Shown here: one piece after another, positions 57,250 to 64,000 of the stretch | Numbering within the stretch: position 1 is the stretch's first letter | Layout: the number at the start of each line of letters is the position of its first letter | Source: Armatimonadota bacterium | GTDB taxonomy: Bacteria; Armatimonadota; UBA5829; DSUL01 | Direction: 5' to 3' | Assembly: GCA_025998755.1 (NCBI GenBank) | Contig: AP024674.1 | Location: 956,004-1,020,003, forward strand | DNA: 64,000 bases | Made by a program: the position numbers and the translations under genes | Notes under the pieces: generated by a model | The model's database searches: none | Told to the model about the DNA's origin: nothing | The model's input: the letters and a program-made list of their open reading frames with translations, nothing else

Positions 57250-57382
57250 AAAAATGCCCGGGCAGCCCGCACAGCGTTGTCACTGCCGGAAGCCCAGGCG
57301 ATCGGCTTGGTCGGCGATACTGGATCCGGCGGCGCTCCCCCGTGGTCCCTTCCACGTCCATTCGCCAGTCACGCCGCCGGCG
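57250..57382 (-). promoter_or_regulatory. ZTP (pfl-motif) riboswitch with intrinsic terminator expression platform, upstream of purH
   Basis: Minus strand: P1 CCGGCGGCG...CGCCGCCGG enclosing UGACUGGCGAA, P2 CGUGG-AAGGGA-CCACG, then GGGGAG. After a 25-nt linker comes CGCCUGGGC, the pseudoknot partner of GGCG. GCCUGGGC can alternatively pair with GCCCGGGC placed directly before AUUUUU. Confidence 0.8.
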
Positions 57383-57398
57383 ATGCTCATCGTGCCGG

Positions 57399-57428
57399 AG
57401 TATACCGGCCCTCACCGTAGCCTGTCAA
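57399..57428 (-). promoter_or_regulatory. Promoter driving the ZTP riboswitch-purH transcript
   Basis: Minus strand TTGACA, 18-nt spacer, TATACT, ending about 17 nt before the P1 stem. Confidence 0.55.
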
Positions 57429-57479
57429 ACGTGCTGATCCACCCTTGGGCCTGCCGCCGGCGTGCGCACTGTCTCAGGA

Positions 57480-58316
57480 CTAAAGCCCTTTTCTGCCTGT
57501 TTCAACCTCCGCCGCCAGCGACCGCGCGATCTGCTCCCGGGCTTCCGCGATGATGTCCTCAATATCTTCCGTGCGGAATGTGCGCTCCTCGAAAGACCGG
57601 GCCTCCAGACTCTTCACGAAACCCTCGAACTCCTGGAAGTAAGATCCATAGATATGAAAACTGTCCGCTATGTGCGTATACTGACCAGCTCTGACGGGCC
57701 GCCCCAGCCTCTCGGAAACGCGCTCGGCAATGACCCGCTGAAGATCTGTAAAGGCGTACATGTTCATAAACGCCGCCTTGAAAGCGTCGTTGGAGCGCAT
57801 ATGGATGTTCATAACGAGTTCGTCCCCGAAAATACGGCACCAGATGCGCTGGAGGCAGGCGGGATCCTGGATGCCGGCGTCCTCCCAAGGCTTCCATGTT
57901 ATGGCCTGCGCACGCCGGGTGTGCGGAGCATCCGTCAGAGCGTCAATGATATACGCGATCTGATCCACCGGCTTCGCCAGACCGGGCACGCTGTAGGCCG
58001 CCAACCGCTCGTGATACGTGTACTCCCATTTGCCTGCCGCGGGGTCCACCCAGTGGTCATGGATGCCGTCCACCACCTCCTGGCGGTAGCATTCCAGCTC
58101 CACGATGCCGCCTGGGAATGCCCGGTGGATGCGGGGCTCCGCCAGCGGCTCCCGCACCACAATGACCGCCGTGCAGTCCCTGCTGGGAGGGTCGCCGGGC
58201 CGGTCATATTGAGTGGGAATGGCCGTTCCGGACCTCCAGGTCTCCACGACAGCCTGCTCCCAGGCCTCGGGCAGCGTCCGGGCGGTGACTGTAACAACGG
58301 GCAGGGTGAGAGACAC
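57480..58316 (-). CDS. Divergent thymidylate synthase (ThyA-fold) family protein
   Basis: 278 aa. ThyA catalytic set retained: TRRAQAITWKPWED (Arg pair/WNP region), ACLQ (Cys nucleophile), MRSNDAFKAAFMN (RSxD and the Asn of the uracil pocket), DSFHIY. The N-terminal third is unlike bacterial ThyA. GTG start 9 nt after GAGGAGG. Confidence 0.8.
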   Translation of the reverse strand: MSLTLPVVTVTARTLPEAWEQAVVETWRSGTAIPTQYDRPGDPPSRDCTAVIVVREPLAEPRIHRAFPGGIVELECYRQEVVDGIHDHWVDPAAGKWEYTYHERLAAYSVPGLAKPVDQIAYIIDALTDAPHTRRAQAITWKPWEDAGIQDPACLQRIWCRIFGDELVMNIHMRSNDAFKAAFMNMYAFTDLQRVIAERVSERLGRPVRAGQYTHIADSFHIYGSYFQEFEGFVKSLEARSFEERTFRTEDIEDIIAEAREQIARSLAAEVETGRKGL

Positions 58317-58430
58317 TTGTCAGCACCTCCTCTGTGGTCCTAGGCACACCCGGGGCACCGGGCCGCCTGACTGAGCAGTTCCCCGCCCCCGGCCTGACTC
58401 CCTTCCCTGGAGGCGCAGAGACCCGGCGGG

Positions 58431-59297
58431 TTACGGCTTCTGGAAGATGATGACGTACTCGTGCCGGAAGATGTAGAACCCGCCCGCCAGAGCACGATAG
58501 CGCCAGAGGTTCGTGGCCTTGCCCTTGCCCCTTTCGTTGCCCACGATGTTCTTCACAACGATGGACTTTACCCGGAACCCCGCTTTCACCAACTCCTGCA
58601 TCGTCAGGAAGCCCAGGGGCACCAGCTCGCGGTCCTCGTATTTATCGCCGATGACCAGCGCCGCGAACCGTCCCCCCTCCAGCAGTTCGAACCCGATACG
58701 GGCCACGCGCCGGAAAGCGCGCAGGAAGGAGTCCGTATCCGGCGCATTGGAAAGGTCGCGCTCGTGCGGGGTGAAGCGGATGATGTTGTGATACGGGGGG
58801 TGAAGCACCAGAAGCTGGACGTGATCCCGGCCCTCGGACTCCAGTAGCCTGCGGATGGGTCTGATGATCCGTCGCGAAGAGGAATCTCCCGCAAGGATGT
58901 GGATGCCCTGCGCCTTGGCATCCGCTCCAAGCTTGCGGCGCACCTGCTCGGCCAGGTTCTCATCTATCTCTACGCCGATGAGACGCCTCCCCAGATTCAT
59001 CGCCTCGATGGCGGACGTCCCGCTACCCAGGAACAGGTCCAGCACGATATCGCCCTTTTTGCTGAACCGCTGGAATACCTGCCGCGCAATTTGCGGGACG
59101 AAGTTGCCCCAGTAATCCAGCCTGTGCCCGCCCTCGCGGCTGCGCGACGGGATGATCCACAGCGAGTCCGTCGAGACATCCGCATAGTCCTGCCAGCGGG
59201 ACAGGTCTATGTCGCTGTAGGGCAGTGTCCTTTCAGACCGGGACCGCCGGCGCTTCGGCGGTTTCTCGTCCCCGTTGTCCAGAAGCTTGAGTTGCAC
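58431..59297 (-). CDS. SAM-dependent N-methyltransferase, N6/N4-MTase-like with permuted motif order (FLGSGTS before HPPY)
   Basis: DSLWIIPS ... GNFVPQIARQVFQRFSKKGDIVLDLFLGSGTSAIEAMNLGRRLIGVEID (SAM-binding motif I region), then LLVLHPPYHNII (motif IV variant). No nuclease partner is adjacent. Confidence 0.75.
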   Translation of the reverse strand: MQLKLLDNGDEKPPKRRRSRSERTLPYSDIDLSRWQDYADVSTDSLWIIPSRSREGGHRLDYWGNFVPQIARQVFQRFSKKGDIVLDLFLGSGTSAIEAMNLGRRLIGVEIDENLAEQVRRKLGADAKAQGIHILAGDSSSRRIIRPIRRLLESEGRDHVQLLVLHPPYHNIIRFTPHERDLSNAPDTDSFLRAFRRVARIGFELLEGGRFAALVIGDKYEDRELVPLGFLTMQELVKAGFRVKSIVVKNIVGNERGKGKATNLWRYRALAGGFYIFRHEYVIIFQKP

Positions 59298-59342
59298 GTC
59301 GCGTCCCTTCCTTTGCGCCCGGCAGCCGCAAACTGAGCGCCC

Positions 59343-61289
59343 TCAGGGCCAGAAATCATACGCCCTGACGCCGAAAGCGATTCCGAAAAGGGTCCAGCCA
59401 CAACCGACGACGAACTCTCCCAGCATCAGGCCGAAAAAGAACATCGTGGCGTTGCGGTAGAGCTTCAGTCCGCCGGTCTTCAAGACCACCGCCTTGCACA
59501 GGCTGCCGATGAATATGGGCATCCACAGGTGCCAGACACCCCAGCTCGATGCCACCGCGAAACCCAGCGGGTGTAGTGGAAATCCCATGATCCGGCTGCG
59601 CGCTACGGACAGCGAAGCAGCGATCAATACCCCCAATGCAACCATTGAAAGCTTGCCGTGCGCCGCGGCGGCCGGGTCCGTCAGCCACCCCTGCAAACGC
59701 GGAAAGGTTTCCCAACCGTAGCCGGTGCCCCACTCCTTCACGCGGGCGGTAGCGGCTCCCAGCTCGTAGAATCCCCAGAGGTATACCAGAAACGCGACCG
59801 GGATCCCCACCAGCCCCGCCACCAGCACCGCGCGCATCATCTCCCTGCGCGCTCTTCCCGGATCCCCGGCGAGCCGGAGCGCTTCCAGTTGATGCGGCAT
59901 CGGATGGCTGCGGAACACCCTGTCCTGCCAGTAGAACAGAGAAAGCGCGCCAAGCGACGGCTTGGGGATGTTCTCCGGACCGATCAGCCGCGTCAGCACA
60001 TCGTGAGGACCCATTCCGTGCAGGTCGTGCACCGGGAAGCCCAACTCCGCGCGAATCCGCGTGATGATGATGCCCAGCGCCATCAGTATGGCAAGCGAAA
60101 GGGCAGCAATGAGCGGTGTCATCCCCGCCGCCACCATAAAGCCGAACATAAAGATGAGGGATCCTGTCAGCAACAGAAAAGTAGCGCGGTAACTCATTGC
60201 TTCGCCCGAATCGTAACCGCGCTCCGCGCGCCCCACGGCGCAACGAAAAGCCCGGAGCAGGTGCCCTCTGCCTCCCCAGAGAGCAAACACCCCGATGGCC
60301 ATAAACGCGCCGAACGCCTGATCCCCCGGCTTGAACTGCTCGAAGTAATCCACGCCTACAGCCGCGCTTGCAATGCGCTGGGCCAAATACAGAAAGAAGA
60401 ACCCCCAGATGGAAAACGATAGGTCCAGAGGCATCAGAAACCCCAGCGCGATGGCGAAGAAGTAGAACGAAACGCTGACCCGGGGCACCGCATTCCAAGG
60501 AGGCACGGTGAAAATGTCAAAAGGACGCCGCTTGATGGGGATCTCTGGTACTGCCGGGATGAGCATGTGCAGACCGTTGATCAGTGTGATCCCGCCGGCG
60601 ATCGCGAACCCGATCCACATCAGACGGTTTGTGAAAAACCGCCGTGGATCTTCCACCATCGCCAAGGGCAACTGCACAATGGGAAAGGTCAGGCGCTCGG
60701 CGTCTGCCCACTGCTTTCGAAGCAGGTTGGCAAGGCAGGCATATACCAGGAAGAGAGCGGCCGCGTAAAGCATCCACCAAAGAGACGGCGCGAGCCATAT
60801 CCGCACCACTTCCGCCCGGAAGAAACTTTCGCCCCCCTCGTAGAACCCCGTCAGGGCCTTTTGATCCCTGACCATCAGCCACTCCGGCAAGTTTCCGCGG
60901 AACAACTCGTCCCAGCGATTCTCAGGACTGGCGAAACGGGCCGGGAACCCCATGATGGTGATGAGGATTCCCAGCATATCTGTGGACATAATGGCCGACG
61001 CCACTGACACCATCACGTAAACGCACAGAAGCTCCAGACCCGTGAGCAGCGTGCGCCCGAAAACTCTATGCAACAACCCTGTCGCGAGGGTTAGAAGGAA
61101 CAGAATGAACACTGCGTGGTAGAACGGAGCCGCCCAAGTGGGGAACGTGTAGCGGACGATTTCTGCTTCGAAGATCCAGCGTCCGGCCAGTGGGATAAGG
61201 AGCAGCCCAACGACGAACGCCCTCGCCCGGATTCCCGGGCGGCTGCCCGGCTCGGCCGGACAGGAATCGGAAGGAGACGCGACGCTCAT
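59343..61289 (-). CDS. Large polytopic membrane protein (648 aa, ~14 TM), unknown function
   Basis: Continuous hydrophobic-helix pattern across the whole ORF with aromatic-rich helices. No recognisable transporter signature. The alternative-frame track ORF 59356-60498 is Arg/Gly-rich nonsense. Confidence 0.7.
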   Translation of the reverse strand: MSVASPSDSCPAEPGSRPGIRARAFVVGLLLIPLAGRWIFEAEIVRYTFPTWAAPFYHAVFILFLLTLATGLLHRVFGRTLLTGLELLCVYVMVSVASAIMSTDMLGILITIMGFPARFASPENRWDELFRGNLPEWLMVRDQKALTGFYEGGESFFRAEVVRIWLAPSLWWMLYAAALFLVYACLANLLRKQWADAERLTFPIVQLPLAMVEDPRRFFTNRLMWIGFAIAGGITLINGLHMLIPAVPEIPIKRRPFDIFTVPPWNAVPRVSVSFYFFAIALGFLMPLDLSFSIWGFFFLYLAQRIASAAVGVDYFEQFKPGDQAFGAFMAIGVFALWGGRGHLLRAFRCAVGRAERGYDSGEAMSYRATFLLLTGSLIFMFGFMVAAGMTPLIAALSLAILMALGIIITRIRAELGFPVHDLHGMGPHDVLTRLIGPENIPKPSLGALSLFYWQDRVFRSHPMPHQLEALRLAGDPGRARREMMRAVLVAGLVGIPVAFLVYLWGFYELGAATARVKEWGTGYGWETFPRLQGWLTDPAAAAHGKLSMVALGVLIAASLSVARSRIMGFPLHPLGFAVASSWGVWHLWMPIFIGSLCKAVVLKTGGLKLYRNATMFFFGLMLGEFVVGCGWTLFGIAFGVRAYDFWP

Positions 61290-61365
61290 ATTGTTTTATT
61301 GCCCGGCCAGAGGCAGGATTCCTTCAATTCCCAAGCAAAGCCCCCGGGTGAGAAGGAGTTCCCGA

Positions 61366-62493
61366 ATGCCTGAGGAAAGGTGTCCTCCGGATATGGACGC
61401 GCGATATATGGCCTTCAAAGGAATGGCTCCCGACCGGATCCCGCACTGGGAGCACTGGTCCTGTCCGGACGCGGAGACCTACATCACCGGCATAGATTAC
61501 TATGAACACCCGCGTCTGTGCCGCCTGCGGATGAGGGAGCTTTACCCATTCCTCGATCTTCCCGTGCCTGAAGAGGACACCCCAATCCCTCGGCCCGAGC
61601 TTGACGGACGCGAGCATTCGTCAGCAGAAGTGCAGAAAGGCCGCCACGCCGTCCGGTGGGGTAGCGGATTCAGTTGGCACTGGGATTGGGGAAAGAACTT
61701 CCGAGACGCGGAGGAGGCCTTGGCCTTTTCCCCGCTGGAACAGGGGGACTTCACCAACATTCCCGTGGTTGAGTCTCGCGATTATCGCGATGAGGAGGCG
61801 CTTTACCGGTTTTACCGCTCGCTTTACCCGGCCGAGTGGGGAGACCATGCTCCGGAAGGCAGCTCCGCCTCCTGCGGTTTCTACAACACGATGTTCATGT
61901 GGCCGCTTCTGACCTTCGGTTGGGAGCTGTTTCTTGAGATCTGCCTGGACCAGCGGTTCGAGCGCATTCTGGAGGAGTTCGCGGAGATCAACCGGCGCGT
62001 CTTCCGGGTTTTCGCCCGTCTCCCCGTGAACTTCGTCATCTGCCACGACGACATCGTAACGTCCCGCGGGCCGGTCTGCTCTCCGGAGTGGATGCGCCGC
62101 CATATCTTCCCTCGGTACGAAGAGTTCTGGAGCATTGTGCGAGCAGCCGGGAAGGATGTCATCTTCATGTCGGATGGGTGCATGGACGCCTTCGCGGATG
62201 ACGTGATGGCATGCGGGGCGATCGGCATCATCTCGGAGCCCTACACGGACTATCGTGCCATCGCCCGGCGACACAGAGACTGTTTCATTGCGGGCGAGGG
62301 CGACAGCCGCATCCTGATGAGCCGGGATCCGGAAGCCATCCGAAAAATGGTGAAACGGATGGTGGAGACCGCAAAGATGTCCGGCGGTTATATGATGTGC
62401 ATCGGCAACCACATCCCCTGGAACACTCCGCCGGATGCGGTGAAGCTGTATCTGGATCTGTCAGAGGAGCTGGCCTGGCGCAACAGGCCCTGA
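61366..62493 (+). CDS. Uroporphyrinogen decarboxylase (URO-D)-like family protein
   Basis: The C-terminal half resembles the URO-D/MtaA-type TIM barrel (ICHDDIVTSRGPVCSPEWMRRHIFP ... IFMSDGCMDAF ... MCIGNHIPWNTP). The ATG at 61366 lies 7 nt after GAGAAGGAG. Confidence 0.5.
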   Translation: MPEERCPPDMDARYMAFKGMAPDRIPHWEHWSCPDAETYITGIDYYEHPRLCRLRMRELYPFLDLPVPEEDTPIPRPELDGREHSSAEVQKGRHAVRWGSGFSWHWDWGKNFRDAEEALAFSPLEQGDFTNIPVVESRDYRDEEALYRFYRSLYPAEWGDHAPEGSSASCGFYNTMFMWPLLTFGWELFLEICLDQRFERILEEFAEINRRVFRVFARLPVNFVICHDDIVTSRGPVCSPEWMRRHIFPRYEEFWSIVRAAGKDVIFMSDGCMDAFADDVMACGAIGIISEPYTDYRAIARRHRDCFIAGEGDSRILMSRDPEAIRKMVKRMVETAKMSGGYMMCIGNHIPWNTPPDAVKLYLDLSEELAWRNRP

Positions 62494-62499
62494 GGTCCC

Positions 62500-62955
62500 C
62501 TACCCTTCCACAGGCAGCTCGTAGACGAAGTGGACCAGACGGTCAACCTCCTCAAAACCCAGGGCTTCGTGGACCTTAATGGCCGTGGAGTTGTCCACCA
62601 CACAGCTCGAGGCGATTTCGGCGCATCCACGCAGACGGGCCCAGCGCCCTGCCGCTTCCAGCATCCGCCGCGCCAGCCCCTGACGCCGCAGATCCTCGTC
62701 CACGTACCAGTTCTCCACGTAGGTCACCGGACTGCCCAGGCAACCCTCCGCCTGCAACCTGAGAGATAACTCCATCAGGCCGCCCAGCCTCCCGTCCGGA
62801 CGTTCTATCACCAGGCAGTGCAGACGTCGGTCTCCACCCTCCAGATATGCTGGAAACTCCTCGCGGAACTCGTCGGGATCTGCATCCGGCCACAGCGCCA
62901 TCCTCAGGCGCACCCACTCGTCCTCATCTGTGTGCTTTACCGGCCTGATATCCAT
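62500..62955 (-). CDS. GNAT N-acetyltransferase, AAC(6')-I-like
   Basis: 151 aa: MDIRP ... WVRLRMALWPD ... SPVTYVENWYVDEDLRRQGLARRMLEAAGRWARLRGCAEIASSCVVDNSTAIKVHEALGFEE follows the AAC(6')-I family pattern, including the acetyl-CoA loop RRQGLAR. Confidence 0.75.
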   Translation of the reverse strand: MDIRPVKHTDEDEWVRLRMALWPDADPDEFREEFPAYLEGGDRRLHCLVIERPDGRLGGLMELSLRLQAEGCLGSPVTYVENWYVDEDLRRQGLARRMLEAAGRWARLRGCAEIASSCVVDNSTAIKVHEALGFEEVDRLVHFVYELPVEG

Positions 62956-63999
62956 TCAGTATTCCGTCCTGTCAAACTGTCCAGCCTCCAGGCTCTGCCC
63001 GTTCAGGGATGCCGTCGAGTCGAACCAGTGCGGCGCGGGTCTGTCGCGATCCTGTTCCAGCACTACCGTGGTCCCGTCCTGCCCCGTGTGCAGCCAGACC
63101 CGGTCCGCCAGTTTCAGCATCATCCAGAACCCGTGCCCCCAGGTTCCGGCGGTTGTGAACCCGCGTTCCAGCGTCGCCAGATGCAATCGCTCCTCGGAGA
63201 TGCCGGCTCCGTGGTCCTCCAGCCACACCTGGATGGTCCTTCCTCCATCATGGAAGATGCTCGCCTGGCCCCCGCCAGCGTGCACCAGCGCGTTCATCGC
63301 AGCTTCGCCAACCGCATGGACCAGGTCTTCCGTGCGGTGCTCGTCGAACCCTGCCGCACCCGCCACGTCCCTTAGCCGGGCCCGGAGTGATCCCAGCCGG
63401 GCAGCATCAAGCGAAATGCTTCCGGCCTGAACCTCCAGACGCTTCGGGAGTTCCTCACGGCGGAAACAGAGCCGCAGTCTGCCCTCCGTCACGCTGCGAA
63501 GCACCTGTTGCAGAAAGGTACGCTGCCTGGCGACGGCTTGCCGCGCCCTCTCTTCCGCTTCGCGCATCGAAGTGATATCAGATACGACGCAGGCAAATCC
63601 CTCCAGTTGGCCGGCGTCACTTCGCAAAACCGTCAGCGATACCCGCGCCAGGAAGCGGCTGCCGTCCCGGCGTATACGCCAGCCCTCCAGATCCACGTGT
63701 CCCAACTGGTCGGCAAGCTGCAGTTGCCGGGCAGGCTCTCCCGCCTCGCGCGCCGGTCCTTCAAAGAAAAGCTCATATCCGCGCCCTACCACTTCGTCCG
63801 CCTGATACCCCGTCAAACGATGGGCGCCTGCATTCCAACCCGCGACGCGCCCCTCCCGATCCAGCATCATCACGGCGTATTCGTGGCAGCCTTCGGAAAA
63901 CGCTCTCAGGGTTGCCTCGGCCTGGCGCAGCGCATCCGTCCGCTCCTCGGCGAGCCGTCTGGCGGACCTGCGCCAGCGGTTCAGCGCCACGATCAATGC
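62956..63999 (-). CDS. PAS-domain sensor fused to an RsbW/SpoIIAB-like HATPase (anti-sigma-type Ser kinase); N-terminus runs off the window
   Basis: PAS block AVMMLDREGRVAGWNAGAHRLTGYQADEVVGRGYELFF. C-terminal HATPase_c_2-like block AVGEAAMNALVHAGGG ... VWLEDHGAGI ... GHGFWMM. The frame is still open at position 64000. Its stop abuts the GNAT start (TGAATG). Confidence 0.75.
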   Translation of the reverse strand, partial: ALIVALNRWRRSARRLAEERTDALRQAEATLRAFSEGCHEYAVMMLDREGRVAGWNAGAHRLTGYQADEVVGRGYELFFEGPAREAGEPARQLQLADQLGHVDLEGWRIRRDGSRFLARVSLTVLRSDAGQLEGFACVVSDITSMREAEERARQAVARQRTFLQQVLRSVTEGRLRLCFRREELPKRLEVQAGSISLDAARLGSLRARLRDVAGAAGFDEHRTEDLVHAVGEAAMNALVHAGGGQASIFHDGGRTIQVWLEDHGAGISEERLHLATLERGFTTAGTWGHGFWMMLKLADRVWLHTGQDGTTVVLEQDRDRPAPHWFDSTASLNGQSLEAGQFDRTEY

Positions 64000-64000
64000 A

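Noticed and set aside
58317-58430. Looked for a THF, SAM or other riboswitch, and noted two copies of AGTCAGGC 26 nt apart, upstream of the ThyA-fold gene
   Set aside because: No match to any riboswitch consensus I know. An 8-nt repeat in GC-rich DNA is not significant on its own, and the gap may just hold the methyltransferase terminator.
59356-60498. 380-aa alternative-frame minus-strand ORF inside the 648-aa membrane-protein gene
   Set aside because: It is Arg/Gly-rich with no hydrophobic periodicity. The competing frame gives a coherent polytopic membrane protein over the full 1.9 kb.

Overview
High-GC (~62%) bacterial chromosomal window that reads as core genome, not an obvious island. 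I saw no transposase, integrase, phage gene, CRISPR array or rRNA. Housekeeping genes: groEL, a guaB3-like/guaA/hpt trio, rho, a pilT-type ATPase, rpmB, argS, alaS-ruvX-mltG, purA, murA-mreB, purH, tRNA-Ala(GGC) and tRNA-Lys(UUU). Between them sit many secreted carbohydrate-active enzymes (GH130-like, GH2, CBM9+GH20-like, two large unassigned secreted proteins), a LIV-type ABC transporter, a MATE pump and an LptD/OstA-like protein. The LptD-like protein plus an SLH-domain protein suggest a diderm saprophyte, possibly Armatimonadota-like; this is a weak inference. The best-supported feature missing from the ORF track is a ZTP (pfl-motif) riboswitch with its own promoter and a competing terminator in the purH leader. 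The most unusual coding neighbourhood lies directly upstream on the same strand: a 648-aa polytopic membrane protein, an orphan motif-permuted N-methyltransferase (HPPY motif), and a divergent thymidylate-synthase-fold enzyme that keeps all catalytic residues. Other points worth checking: an alkaline-phosphatase-like ectodomain fused to a C-terminal polytopic membrane domain, inserted into the conserved alaS-ruvX-mltG order; a CBS-pair/DUF1385-like fusion; a terminator-like hairpin inside the very short purA leader; and a decayed DUF2961/GH172 fragment. All family assignments come from reading motifs by eye, with no database search. Many long alternative-frame and antisense ORFs in the track are high-GC artefacts and were rejected. 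I found no convincing complete novel system, and the candidates are ranked with that caveat.
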